Shown here: positions 1-9,518 of the stretch, one piece after another
How the letters are laid out: the number at the start of each line of letters is the position of its first letter
Numbering within the stretch: position 1 is the first letter of the stretch
Source of the DNA: an uncultured Chloroflexia bacterium
Lineage (GTDB): Bacteria; Chloroflexota; Limnocylindria; Limnocylindrales; CSP1-4
Length of the DNA stretch: 64,000 nt
Reading direction: 5' to 3'
Assembly (NCBI GenBank): GCA_963833225.1
Contig: CAWHXD010000019.1
Span: 374,075 to 438,074, forward strand
Made by a program: the position numbers and the translations under genes
The notes under the pieces: generated by a model
The model's input: the letters and a program-made list of their open reading frames with translations, nothing else
What the model was told of the DNA's origin: nothing
Database searches by the model: none

Positions 1-1
1 C

Positions 2-217
2 CTGACGGGGGAGAAGACGCCGCTCGACTGCACCGCGTACGGGACCCTGTGCAGCCCCCAGAAGCCGCTGGGCGCGCCGATGGTCAGCTCCGAGGGCACC
101 TGCGCGGCGTTCTTCGGCGCCGGCCGCGGTCTCGGGCCCGGCGGGACGTTCTCGCCCTCGCTGCCGCTCATCTCCGTCGCCCCCGGGGGCGGCATCGCGC
201 CGGAGGGCGCCCGATGA
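2..217 (+). CDS. hypD: HypD hydrogenase maturation protein, C-terminal fragment (gene begins upstream of window)
   Basis: Frame starting at nt 2 reads ...CTAYGTLCSPQKPLGAPMVSSEGTCAAFF..., the conserved C-terminal Cys-rich HypD motif. The TGA at 215-217 overlaps the hypE ATG (ATGA). Confidence 0.8.
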   Translation: MTGEKTPLDCTAYGTLCSPQKPLGAPMVSSEGTCAAFFGAGRGLGPGGTFSPSLPLISVAPGGGIAPEGAR

Positions 218-1293
218 CGACCGAGCCCCAGCCCATCACCACGATCGATGCCGACGGGGTTGCCTGCCCCGCTCCCATCCCGGAGGACCAGCGCGTCATC
301 CTGGGCCACGGCTCCGGCGGCCAGCTGTCGGCCGCCCTGATGCGCGAGGTCCTGGGCCCGGCGCTCGAGGCCGCCTCGCCGGGCGGGGTCCTCAACGACG
401 CCGCCGTGGTCGATGTCGCGGGCACGCGCGTCGCCTTCACCACGGACTCGTTCGTGGTCTCGCCGATCCGGTTTCCCGGCGGGGACATCGGCGAGCTCGC
501 GGTCAACGGCACCATCAACGACCTCGCGATGATGGGCGCGGCGCCCCTGGCCATCAGCCTCGCGTACGTGATCGAGGAAGGACTGCCGCTCGAGGACCTG
601 CGCCTGATCACCGCCTCCGCCGCCGCCGCAGCGGTGAAGGCGGGTGCGCACATCGTCACCGGCGACACCAAGGTCGTCGGCCGCGGCGCGGCGGACCAGC
701 TGTTCGTCAACACCGCGGGCATCGGGCTCGTCCCGGACGGGGTCGCCCCGTCGGCGGACCGGGCGACCCCCGGTGACGCGGTCATCCTGTCGGGCCCCAT
801 CGGGCTCCACGGCGTGGCGATCATGAGCGTCCGCGAGGGCCTCGAGTTCGAGGTCGAGATCGAGTCCGACACCCAGGCCCTCAACGGCCTCGTGGCGGCG
901 ATCACGGCGGTCGAGCCGGGCGTCCATGTCCTGCGCGATCCGACCCGCGGCGGCCTGTCCTCGGCGCTCAACGAGATCGCGACGGCGTCACGGGTCGGGA
1001 TGGTCCTCAACGAGCCGGCCCTGCCGATCCCCGGGCCCGTCCGTGCCGCGTGCGAGTTCCTGGGCCTGGACCCGCTGCACGTGGCCAACGAGGGCAAGCT
1101 GGTGGCCATCGTGCCGGCCGCCTCCGCCGACGCGGTCATCGCGGCGATGCGGGCGATGCCCGAGGGGGCGGAGGCCGCGGTCATCGGCAGCGTGGTGGCG
1201 GATCACCCGGGGATGGTCACCATCCGGACGATCGTGGGCTCGGAGCGGATCGTGGACATGCTGGTGGGGGAGCAACTGCCGCGGATCTGCTGA
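214..1293 (+). CDS. hypE: HypE hydrogenase maturation (carbamoyl dehydratase) protein
   Basis: PurM/AIR-synthase-like sequence (HGSGGQLS, DSFVVSP, GDTKVV) ending in the diagnostic C-terminal PRIC motif. ATG 214 was chosen; the track start at 49 is an Arg-rich extension overlapping hypD. Confidence 0.93.
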   Translation: MTTEPQPITTIDADGVACPAPIPEDQRVILGHGSGGQLSAALMREVLGPALEAASPGGVLNDAAVVDVAGTRVAFTTDSFVVSPIRFPGGDIGELAVNGTINDLAMMGAAPLAISLAYVIEEGLPLEDLRLITASAAAAAVKAGAHIVTGDTKVVGRGAADQLFVNTAGIGLVPDGVAPSADRATPGDAVILSGPIGLHGVAIMSVREGLEFEVEIESDTQALNGLVAAITAVEPGVHVLRDPTRGGLSSALNEIATASRVGMVLNEPALPIPGPVRAACEFLGLDPLHVANEGKLVAIVPAASADAVIAAMRAMPEGAEAAVIGSVVADHPGMVTIRTIVGSERIVDMLVGEQLPRIC

Positions 1294-1350
1294 CCCGACG
1301 CCATCCGCCGCCGGTCAGCCCCGTCGGGCGTGTCGGGGTCCTGCCCGGGG

Positions 1351-1767
1351 TCAGCCCTGTCGTGCGCGTCGACGCCGCTCCGCGATGCGGTTCGCGAGCC
1401 GGCTGAGCCCGTACCCGATGGCGATCGGGGCCCCGAACCACAACGTGGCCACGATCCCGGAGAACAGGTCGATGGGCACGGGCCGTCCGGACACGTAGGA
1501 CAGCGCGACGATCAGCACCTGGCCGGCGATCTGCCCCACGCCGACCACGAACAGGCCCGTCCAACCGCGCGTGATGACGCCCGCGAGCACGCCCGAGATC
1601 AGCAGCACCATCGGGGACAGGAACACGATCTGGGGCGCGCATCCCTGGGTCACCCCCTGGCCCACGCAGGATACGTTCGTGCCGCCGAACACCGACATCG
1701 GCACCGCGACGAGGATGATGAGCAACGCGACCCAGTCGCGAACAACGCTTTGCGGTTGTTCCTGCAA
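1351..1767 (-). CDS. small hydrophobic membrane protein, unknown function
   Basis: About 4 hydrophobic helices (WVALLIILVAVP, LSPMVLLISGVLAGV, LFVVGVGQIAGQVLIVAL, IVATLWFGAPIAIGY). A TTG at 1767 is preceded by GGAGGA. No family recognised. Confidence 0.5.
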   Translation of the reverse strand: MQEQPQSVVRDWVALLIILVAVPMSVFGGTNVSCVGQGVTQGCAPQIVFLSPMVLLISGVLAGVITRGWTGLFVVGVGQIAGQVLIVALSYVSGRPVPIDLFSGIVATLWFGAPIAIGYGLSRLANRIAERRRRARQG

Positions 1768-1915
1768 CGCTGTCCTCCGCTGTTCGGTCGATGATGACGG
1801 GTGAGGGCCGGTCCCGCCAGTCCGATCGGCACGCGATCCACGGCCGGTATGCTTGGCTGGTGAACCTGACCTGCCGGCCACCGACGGCGCCCGCTGATCC
1901 GGCCCGAGCCAGGTC

Positions 1916-3187
1916 ATGACGATGGATGCCTGGATCGCCGCGGCGGTGTTCGTCGTTGCCTACGTCCTGATCGCCCTCGAGCGCTGGGACCGGACCCTGG
2001 TCGCGGTCATCGCCGGGCTGCTCGTGGTGATGCTGGGAATCATCGACCAGCACACGGCGTTCGCGGCCATCGACCTCAACGTCATCTTCCTGCTCGCGGG
2101 GATGATGGTGATCGCGTCCGTCCTGGCCCGGACGGGCTTCTTCGACTGGCTCGCGATCCGCTCGGTGCGCCTGTCCGATGGCCGCCCGATCCGCCTGCTG
2201 CTGATCCTCGCCGTCGTGACGGCCGTGCTGTCGGCATTCCTGGACAACGTGACCACGGTCGTGCTGATGACGCCGGTCACGCTCTCGGTCGCGCATCGCC
2301 TGGGCGTCTCGCCCGTGCCCTACCTGATCTCCGGGATCCTGGCCTCGAACATCGGCGGGACCGCGACCCTGATCGGGGATCCGCCCAACATCCTGATCGG
2401 GTCGGCCGCGGGCCTCGGGTTCGACCAGTTCCTGGTCAACCTGGCGCCCGTGACCATCGTCGTCTTCCTGGTCTATGTCGTGATCGCCTGGGGGCTGTTC
2501 CGCGGCCACCTCCAGGTCCCCGACGAGCGGCGGGAGGCGGCCCTCGAGCGGACCGAGGAGAGCACCATCAAGGATCGCGGGCTGCTGGTCCGGGCCCTGA
2601 TCGTGGCCGGGGCAACGATCCTCGGGTTCCTCGTCCACTCCGCGATCGGGGTGGAGCCGGCCACGATCGCGCTGCTCGGGGCCATGGTGCTGATGCTGAT
2701 CGGCGGGCTGGATCCGCACAAGACGCTGCGCGAGGTCGAGTGGTCCACGCTGTTCTTCTTCGTGGGCCTGTTCATCCTCGTCGAGGCCGTGGTCGAGGTG
2801 GGCATCGTGGGCGGGATCGCCGACGCCCTGTCCCAGGCGACCGAGGGACAGCCGCTGGTGGCGACGATCGGGCTGCTGTGGTTCTCCGCGATCGGCTCGG
2901 CGATCATCGACAACATCCCCTACACGGCGACCGCGATCCCCATCGTGGAGCGCCTGGCGCAGGGCGGGATCCCCGCGGAACCCCTGTGGTGGGCGCTGGC
3001 GTTGGGGGCATGCCTCGGGGGCAACCTCACGATCGTCGGGGCCTCGGCCAACGTCGTGGTGGCGAACGTGGCCCAGCGGGCGGGCCACCCGATCGGCTTC
3101 TTCCAGTTCCTGCGCTACGGCTCCGTCGTGGTCCTGGCGTCGCTGGTGGTCTCGACCGGGTATCTCTGGATCCGGTACCTCGCCTGA
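1916..3187 (+). CDS. ArsB/NhaD (citrate-transporter-like) family permease
   Basis: 423 aa polytopic protein with family signatures LSAFLDNVTTVVLMTP, ASNIGGTATLIGDPPNILIG and IDNIPYTATAIPIV. Confidence 0.85.
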   Translation: MTMDAWIAAAVFVVAYVLIALERWDRTLVAVIAGLLVVMLGIIDQHTAFAAIDLNVIFLLAGMMVIASVLARTGFFDWLAIRSVRLSDGRPIRLLLILAVVTAVLSAFLDNVTTVVLMTPVTLSVAHRLGVSPVPYLISGILASNIGGTATLIGDPPNILIGSAAGLGFDQFLVNLAPVTIVVFLVYVVIAWGLFRGHLQVPDERREAALERTEESTIKDRGLLVRALIVAGATILGFLVHSAIGVEPATIALLGAMVLMLIGGLDPHKTLREVEWSTLFFFVGLFILVEAVVEVGIVGGIADALSQATEGQPLVATIGLLWFSAIGSAIIDNIPYTATAIPIVERLAQGGIPAEPLWWALALGACLGGNLTIVGASANVVVANVAQRAGHPIGFFQFLRYGSVVVLASLVVSTGYLWIRYLA

Positions 3188-3202
3188 CCCGGCTGGCCCG
3201 GC

Positions 3203-4486
3203 TCAGCCCAGGTAGCGCACCCAGAGGTAGACCGTCGAGATCGCCATCGAGGCGCCGACGACGAGCACCCCGTACTTGAGGAACTCCACGAAGTGGATCG
3301 GGTGCTCCTCGCGGGCGGCGAGATTGGCGACCACGATGTTCGCCGACGCCCCGATGATCGTGAGGTTGCCGCCCAGGCAGGCACCAAGGGCGAGGCTCCA
3401 CCACATGGCCCCGGCGGGCAGGCCGTCCACGATGAGGCGCTGGACGATCGGGATCGCGGTGGCCGTGTAGGGGATGTTGTCGACGATTGCCGAGGCACCC
3501 GCCGAGAACCACAGGATCGCGAGCGACGCGACGGCAGGTCGACCATTCGCCGCCTGGGCGATCTCCTGCGCGATGGCGCCCACGATGCCGACCTTGACGA
3601 TGCCCTGGACCAGGATGAACAGGCCAAAGAAGAAGAACAGGGTTGGCCATTCGATCTCGCGCAGCGTGTCGCGGACCTCGAGCCGTCCGACGAGCATCAG
3701 CGCCGTCGCGCCCGCGAGGGCGATCGTCGCCACCTCGAGGCCGATCAGGCCGTGGACCAGGAAGCCGGCGAGCGTGATCGCGAGAACGACCAGCGAGCGG
3801 GCGAGCAGCGGGCGGTCGTGGATGGCGTCGACCGGGTCCTCGGGCATGAGCTCGAAGAAGCGCTCGGCCGGTGGCCTGAGCTGGCGTCCGAAGAACACCC
3901 ACAGGAGCCCGATGAGCGCCACCAGGATCACGAGGATGACCGGTCCCAGGTTCACCAGGAACGCGCTGAAGCTCAGGCCGGCTGCCGACCCGATCAGGAT
4001 GTTGGGCGGGTCCCCGATGAGCGTGGCGGTGCCGCCGATGTTCGACGCGAACACCTGCGCGACGAGGAATGGCACGGGGTTGGCGCCCAGGGTGCGGGCG
4101 ACCGAGATGGCGACCGGCGCCAGCAGGACCACCGTGGTCACGTTGTCCAGGAACGCCGACAGGACGGCCGTGATCAGGGCGAGGACCACCAGCAGCCAGA
4201 ACGGCTGATGACCGCCATGGCGCACCGCGAACAGCGCGATCGCCTCGAACAGGCCGGTCCGCGCCACCGTCTGGGCGAGCACCATCATCCCCGCGAGCAG
4301 GAAGATGACGTTGAAGTCGATGGCCGCGAACGCCTCGGCCTGGTCGAGGATGCCCAGGATCACCATCAACAGGCCGCCCGCGAGGGCGACCAGGGTGCGA
4401 TCGACCTTCTCGATCGCGATCAGGGCATAGGCGACCACGAAGATGCCGCCCGCGACCAGGACGTCGGCGCTCAGGCCGTTGCTCAA
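3203..4486 (-). CDS. ArsB/NhaD family permease (paralog of 1916-3187)
   Basis: 427 aa with the same signature blocks (LSAFLDNVTTVVLLAP, ASNIGGTATLIGDPPNILIG, VDNIPYTATAIPIV). TTG start at 4486 lies 6 nt after GGAGGA. Confidence 0.85.
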   Translation of the reverse strand: MSNGLSADVLVAGGIFVVAYALIAIEKVDRTLVALAGGLLMVILGILDQAEAFAAIDFNVIFLLAGMMVLAQTVARTGLFEAIALFAVRHGGHQPFWLLVVLALITAVLSAFLDNVTTVVLLAPVAISVARTLGANPVPFLVAQVFASNIGGTATLIGDPPNILIGSAAGLSFSAFLVNLGPVILVILVALIGLLWVFFGRQLRPPAERFFELMPEDPVDAIHDRPLLARSLVVLAITLAGFLVHGLIGLEVATIALAGATALMLVGRLEVRDTLREIEWPTLFFFFGLFILVQGIVKVGIVGAIAQEIAQAANGRPAVASLAILWFSAGASAIVDNIPYTATAIPIVQRLIVDGLPAGAMWWSLALGACLGGNLTIIGASANIVVANLAAREEHPIHFVEFLKYGVLVVGASMAISTVYLWVRYLG

Positions 4487-4540
4487 GTGGGGTCCTCCAT
4501 GCCAGCCGATATCCGCGGCGGGGGCATCGCCTGAAGCGGC

Positions 4541-4569
4541 GGAGCCCCTTCGGTCATCGAAGGGGCTCC
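4541..4569 (-). terminator. perfect 12-bp-stem hairpin (GGAGCCCCTTCG-gtcat-CGAAGGGGCTCC)
   Basis: Read directly. Lies downstream of the NCS1 stop codon (4623) and is the second of two hairpins. No U-tract, as is usual in GC-rich genomes. Confidence 0.55.
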
Positions 4570-4590
4570 GAGCTGCCGCGCAAAGGGATC

Positions 4591-4613
4591 GTGGGCCGGC
4601 GTGGCCGGCCCAC
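4591..4613 (-). terminator. GC hairpin (GTGGGCCGG-cgtgg-CCGGCCCAC) directly after the NCS1 stop
   Basis: Read directly, 10 nt downstream of the stop at 4623. Followed on the minus strand by GATCCCTTT. Confidence 0.55.
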
Positions 4614-4622
4614 GGTTACAGC

Positions 4623-6173
4623 CTAATCCTCGCTGGTGGCCTCCTTGCTGCCGACAACCATCGTGAGCACTCCGTAGAGCACGAAGGCGACGACCAGGCC
4701 GGTGAGCCAGCTGAAGTCATAGAAGCTCTTGAGGAACGGGATGATCCCGTTCTCGGGGAACGGTGCGCCACCGGCGGAGTACGCCCCGCCGACCGCCATC
4801 ACGACGCCCACGAGGAGCGACACGACGGCAATCCAGTTCCAGCCGCTGGCGTAGCGGTACTTGCCGGTGCTGCGGTACAGGTCGGCAAGCTTGAGCTGGC
4901 GGCGGCGGACCCACCAGTAGTCGGCGATGAGCACGCCGGCAATGGGTCCGGTCGCGCCGCCGTAGGTGCCCAGCCAGGTGAAGATGTAGCTCTGGGAGTC
5001 AGCGAGCAGGTTCCAGGGCATGATCAGGACACCGATGATGCCCGTGATGATGCCGCCGGTCCGGAAGCTGATTCTCCTCGGCCAGAGGTTCGAGAAGTCG
5101 TAGGACGGGCTCACGACATTGGCGGCCACGTTGGTGGTCAGCGTGGCGAGCGCGAGCGCGAGGAGCATGACCACCAGCATGATCGGGTTGTCCATCTTGG
5201 CGGTGAGGGCAACCGGGTCCCAGATGGTCTCGCCGTAGACGAGGAACGTCGCGGACGTCGTGAGGACGCCGACGAGCGGGAACAGGGTCATAGTGACCGG
5301 CAGGCCGACCGCCTGTCCGATCATCTGCTCGCGCTGGCTCCGACCGAACCGGGTGAAGTCCGGCATGTTGAGCGAAAGCGTGGACCAGAACGCGATGTTG
5401 CCCATCAGGGCGAGCGGGACGATGGCCCAGAAGTCAGAGCCCCAGCCCAGGGTCCCCGGGTTGTCCATGACCGGGCCGAGGCCGCCGGCCTGGACGACCA
5501 TGACCACTGCCAGGCCCAGGAACACCACGATCAGGAACGGGGCGGCATAGCTCTCGAAGCGCTTGATCGCCTCCATGCCCCACAGGATGATGATGATGTT
5601 GAGCACCCAGAAGATCGCGAAGCTCAGCCACAGCGTCCACGGATGGGCTGCGCCGATGAGGATCGAGAAGCCGCCGGCGGTGGTCCACCAGGAGTCCTGT
5701 CCCAGCAGCGCGCCGACCACGGCGAACACCGCGGTCCCGCCGATCCACGTCTGGATGCCAAACCAGCCGCAGGCGACGAAGGCGCGCATCAGGGCCGGCA
5801 GGTTGGCTCCGAACACGCCGAACGCCGCCCGTGCGAACACGGGATACGGGATGCCGTACTTCGTGCCCGCGTGGCTGATGAGCAGCATCGGGACCAGGAC
5901 GATGATGTTGGCGGCCATGATGATCAGGATCGCCTGATACCACGCCATGCCCTGGTCGATCAGGCTCGAGGCCAGGAGCCACGTTGGGACGTTGATCGAC
6001 ATCCCGACCCACAGGGCCAGGTAGTTGTACGTCGACCATGTCCGCTTGCCGATCGGGACCGGGGCCAGGTCGTCGTTGTGGAGCCCGGACGTTCCGAGGC
6101 TCGCGTCGACGGCCGGGTCGAGCTCGACGCGACCGTCGGGCTGGACCACCTGCTCCATGGATGTGAGTGCCAT
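4623..6173 (-). CDS. NCS1 family nucleobase/hydantoin/vitamin:cation symporter (substrate unknown)
   Basis: 516 aa, 12-TM-like, with typical NCS1 N-terminus (NDDLAPVPIGKRTWSTYNYLALWVGMSINVPTW) and FGVFGANLPALMRAFVACGWFGIQTW. RBS GGAGTGGAGGA precedes the ATG. Confidence 0.85.
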   Translation of the reverse strand: MALTSMEQVVQPDGRVELDPAVDASLGTSGLHNDDLAPVPIGKRTWSTYNYLALWVGMSINVPTWLLASSLIDQGMAWYQAILIIMAANIIVLVPMLLISHAGTKYGIPYPVFARAAFGVFGANLPALMRAFVACGWFGIQTWIGGTAVFAVVGALLGQDSWWTTAGGFSILIGAAHPWTLWLSFAIFWVLNIIIILWGMEAIKRFESYAAPFLIVVFLGLAVVMVVQAGGLGPVMDNPGTLGWGSDFWAIVPLALMGNIAFWSTLSLNMPDFTRFGRSQREQMIGQAVGLPVTMTLFPLVGVLTTSATFLVYGETIWDPVALTAKMDNPIMLVVMLLALALATLTTNVAANVVSPSYDFSNLWPRRISFRTGGIITGIIGVLIMPWNLLADSQSYIFTWLGTYGGATGPIAGVLIADYWWVRRRQLKLADLYRSTGKYRYASGWNWIAVVSLLVGVVMAVGGAYSAGGAPFPENGIIPFLKSFYDFSWLTGLVVAFVLYGVLTMVVGSKEATSED

Positions 6174-6644
6174 AGAGATCCTCCACTCCCGGGGCCCGAC
6201 GCGGGCCCCTCCTCCTGCTTACGCGGCGCCCTCCGCTCCGTCACCCCGGGCGCATCCCTCCAGAACGCCGCGATGGGTCGCCCACTCCGGGGCCGGTTCC
6301 ACGAAATGGGGTCGTTGGGTCACGGGGACGGGACCCCGGTCAGCGCGAGTGTCCGTGCATTGCTGCCGGTGCGGGTGCACCATCCGGGCTCAGGCCTCCT
6401 GGAGCGACATGCGTCGCATGGTTGGCCAATTGGAGCATCGGAGACTGCAGGCCCCGAGGGCCCTAGGTCCCAAAATCCTGCCCCGTTCGGTCCTCGCCTC
6501 GGCTGGTTGCCACGGGCCTGGCCTCGCCCCCGGCGCCATCCTCGGCATATCCGCCATGGTAATCACCTGCGGAAGCCCTCGGGCGACGCACTCGCGCTAG
6601 GCTGGTAGCCCATCCAGGCGTCCCCCCTCGGAGGCCGAATTGAC

Positions 6645-7628
6645 ATGGAGTACCGCAGGCTCGGCAAGACAGGACGAGACGTCAGCGTGATCGGGTTTGG
6701 CGCCTGGGCGATCGGCGCCGACTGGGGCGCGGTGGACGACGCCGACAGCCTGCGTGCGCTCCACGCGGCCGCCGACGCCGGGGTGACGCTGATCGACACC
6801 GCCGACGTCTACGGCGACGGTCACAGCGAGCAGGTCATCCGCCGGTTCCTTGCAGAACGGCCGGGCGAGACGTTCTTCATCGCGACCAAGATGGGCCGGC
6901 GCGTGCCGCTGGAGCTCGCCAGCTACACGCCGGAGGCGTTCCGAGCATGGACGGACCGGAGTCGCGAGAACCTCGGCATGGAGACGCTGGACCTGGTCCA
7001 GCTCCACTGCCTGCACCCGTCCATCTACTACAGCCCCGAGCACTTCGCGGCGCTCGATGAGCTGGTGGCCGCGGGTGCGATCCGCAACTACGGCGTGAGC
7101 GTCGAGAAGGTCGAGGAGGCCCTCAAGGCGATCGAGTTCCCGGGCGTGGCGACGGTCCAGATCATCTTCAACATGTTCCGCCAGCGGCCGGCGGAGCGGT
7201 TCCTTGCCGAGGCCGCGCGCCGCGACGTCGGGGTGCTCGCCCGGGTTCCGCTGGCGTCGGGGATGCTGACCGGCAAGCTGACCGCCGCGACCACGTTCGA
7301 GCCGACCGACCACCGGCAGTTCAACCGGCACGGCGAGTCGTTCGACGTGGGCGAGACGTTCGCCGGCGTCGACTACGAGACCGGCCTCGAGGTGGTCGAG
7401 GCGCTCAAGTCGCTGGTGCCCGAGGGGGCGACGCTGGCGCAGCTGGCGCTGCGCTGGATCCTGATGCACGACGGGATCACGGCCACGATCCCGGGCGCCA
7501 AGACCCCCGGGCAGGCGGCTGCCAACGCCGCCGCCGCGGACCTGCCGCCGCTGCCCCCCGCCGTGATGGCGCGGGTCGCGGAGCTCTACGAGGCGCGGAT
7601 CAAGCCCCTCGTCCACCAGCGCTGGTAG
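6645..7628 (+). CDS. aldo/keto reductase
   Basis: MEYRRLGKTGRDVSVIGFGAW...IDTADVYGDGHSE...LDLVQLH is a canonical AKR layout. GGAGG RBS upstream. Confidence 0.9.
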   Translation: MEYRRLGKTGRDVSVIGFGAWAIGADWGAVDDADSLRALHAAADAGVTLIDTADVYGDGHSEQVIRRFLAERPGETFFIATKMGRRVPLELASYTPEAFRAWTDRSRENLGMETLDLVQLHCLHPSIYYSPEHFAALDELVAAGAIRNYGVSVEKVEEALKAIEFPGVATVQIIFNMFRQRPAERFLAEAARRDVGVLARVPLASGMLTGKLTAATTFEPTDHRQFNRHGESFDVGETFAGVDYETGLEVVEALKSLVPEGATLAQLALRWILMHDGITATIPGAKTPGQAAANAAAADLPPLPPAVMARVAELYEARIKPLVHQRW

Positions 7629-7640
7629 CCGGAGATCGAC

Positions 7641-8876
7641 ATGGCCGTGACCGCCACCTTCCGGGTCCCGGGTGCGATCCTCACGGAGCGCGAGCACCGG
7701 GTTCCCCTGGACCACACTCGTCCCGACGGACGGTCCATCACCGTCTTCACCCGCGAGGTCGCCGACCCGGACGGGACCGACCGCCCGTACCTGGTGTTCC
7801 TCCAGGGCGGACCGGGCTTTGAGGCGGCGCGTCCCACCAGCCCGCCGTCAGGCTGGCTCAAGCGGGCCCTGGCGGAGTACCGCGTGCTCCTCCTCGACCA
7901 GCGCGGGACCGGGCGATCGACGCCGGTCGGCGAGCGCATCCCGGGCGAGACGGCGGAGGACCAGGCCGCCTACCTGGCCCTGTTCCGGGCCGATGCCATC
8001 GTGCGGGACTGCGAGTGGATCCGGCGCGAGCTCGACGTCGAACGCTGGACGACCCTTGGCCAGAGCTTCGGCGGGTTCACCTCGCTGACGTACCTCTCGT
8101 TCGCGCCCGAGGGACTCGCCGCGGCCCTGATCACCGGTGGCCTGTCGCCGATCGGGCGCCCGATCGATGATGTCTATGGGGCGACCTGGGCGCGTGTCCT
8201 GGAGGCCAACCGCCGGTACTTCGAGCGGTACCCCGATGACCGGGATCGGTTGAAGGACGTCAACGCGCGCCTCGACGGCGACGACGTGCGCCTGCCCTCT
8301 GGCGACCGGCTGACCGGCCGGCGTTTCCGCCAGATGGGCATGTGGCTCGGCGCCTCCGACGGGTTCGAGCGCCTGCACCATGTCCTCGAGCTGCCGTTCG
8401 GCTCACCGGCGTTCCTGCACGATGTCGACAACGCCGTTGGCTGGGTGCGCAACCCGATGTACGCGACGCTCCACGAATCCTCGTACGCGGACGGGGTGCC
8501 CACCCGCTGGTCCGCGCATCGCCTGGCGCCCGACGAGGCGCTTGCCGGCGAGGTGTTCACGGCCGAGCAGGTGTTCCCGTGGATGTGGGAGGAGTACGGC
8601 GGCCTGCGGCTCCACGCCGCCGCCGCCCAGCTCCTCGCGGAGCACCCGTGGCCTCGTCTGTACGACGCGGCAGCGCTGGCGAGCAACGAGGTCCCCGTCG
8701 CGGCGACGATCTACGTGGACGACATCTACGTGGAGCGCGCGTTCGCCGAGGAGACGGCGGCGCGGGTCCGCGGCCTGCGGCCGTGGATCACCAACGAGTA
8801 CGCCCACAACGGCCTGCGTGCGGACGGTGAGCGGGTCGTGGGTCGCCTGATCGACATGGTGAAGGGCCGCGCCTGA
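7641..8876 (+). CDS. alpha/beta hydrolase, prolyl aminopeptidase-like (S33 family)
   Basis: LQGGPGFE oxyanion region, LLLDQRGTGRSTP and nucleophile elbow GQSFGG. Confidence 0.8.
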   Translation: MAVTATFRVPGAILTEREHRVPLDHTRPDGRSITVFTREVADPDGTDRPYLVFLQGGPGFEAARPTSPPSGWLKRALAEYRVLLLDQRGTGRSTPVGERIPGETAEDQAAYLALFRADAIVRDCEWIRRELDVERWTTLGQSFGGFTSLTYLSFAPEGLAAALITGGLSPIGRPIDDVYGATWARVLEANRRYFERYPDDRDRLKDVNARLDGDDVRLPSGDRLTGRRFRQMGMWLGASDGFERLHHVLELPFGSPAFLHDVDNAVGWVRNPMYATLHESSYADGVPTRWSAHRLAPDEALAGEVFTAEQVFPWMWEEYGGLRLHAAAAQLLAEHPWPRLYDAAALASNEVPVAATIYVDDIYVERAFAEETAARVRGLRPWITNEYAHNGLRADGERVVGRLIDMVKGRA

Positions 8877-8903
8877 CGGAAGGCCCGCGCCGCGGGGGCC
8901 GGA

Positions 8904-9518
8904 TCAGCCGCCGACCGGCGGGGCGCTCTGCTGCCGCTCGAAGAGGTAGACGAACTCCGGTCCGTTGTGGCAGATCCAGCAGTTGTCGCCGCGGTTGGCC
9001 ATCGACGCCGGCAGCGGCGCATGGTCGTCGACGCCATGACACGCCGAGCACGGTTGGGTGCCGCCCATGTGCTCCGGCCGCAGCTCGGGGACCGCGCTGG
9101 CCCCGGCCTCCAGCCGTGTCTGGTGGCAGATCAGACAGTCCTCCTTGTGGAGGCTGCTGTGGCCCTCGGCGGTCTTGACCAGGCTGGCCTCGGAGTGGCA
9201 CGCGGTGCAGTCGCGCCAGCCGGCCAGCGGATGACCCATCACCGGGATCGGCTTGGTCCCGACGCCGCCGCTGGCGGTGAGATGGCAGCCGTTGCAGTTG
9301 GCGTCCGGCGGCATCTCGATCCCCACCGGCGACAGGGCCATGGCAGACTTCGGGGTGGGGGTGGGCGCCGGCGTGGCCCGCGGTGTCGGCGCCTCGGCGA
9401 TCTCGCCCGCGACATCCGGCACGGCGACCAGGACGAGGAACGCGCCAACCACCAGGATCCCGAGCGTCAGCAGCAGGACCACGATGCGGAAGCCGTACAT
9501 CGAGACCGCGCGGATCAC
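8904..9518 (-). CDS. membrane-anchored pentaheme c-type cytochrome
   Basis: One N-terminal TM helix (FRIVVLLLTLGILVVGAFLVLVAV), a Pro/Thr linker and five CxxCH motifs (CNGCH, CTACH, CLICH, CSACH, CWICH). The ATG overlaps the upstream stop (ATGA at 9515-9518). Confidence 0.9.
   Translation of the reverse strand: MIRAVSMYGFRIVVLLLTLGILVVGAFLVLVAVPDVAGEIAEAPTPRATPAPTPTPKSAMALSPVGIEMPPDANCNGCHLTASGGVGTKPIPVMGHPLAGWRDCTACHSEASLVKTAEGHSSLHKEDCLICHQTRLEAGASAVPELRPEHMGGTQPCSACHGVDDHAPLPASMANRGDNCWICHNGPEFVYLFERQQSAPPVGG

Noticed and set aside
49-213. N-terminal extensions offered by the ORF track, for example hypE from 49, the regulator to 13746, the aldolase to 26427, rhaEW from 36169, E1 to 24369 and the ATPase to 34619.
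   Set aside because: The extensions are Arg/Pro-rich, overlap the preceding gene and lack an RBS. Internal ATG/GTG/TTG starts with GGAGG-type RBS or 4-nt start-stop overlaps fit far better.
6174-6644. A 470-bp gap upstream of the NCS1 permease was examined as a possible riboswitch leader (TPP, purine, ZTP, guanidine, cobalamin).
   Set aside because: Reading the minus-strand leader, I could not find the diagnostic cores (CUGAGA/ACCUGAUCUGGAUAAUGCCAGC for TPP, GCCACUG for B12, and so on). Only generic GC hairpins are present, for example GGGGCCCG-cgt-CGGGCCCC just before the RBS. An Infernal/Rfam scan would be needed, so no claim is made.
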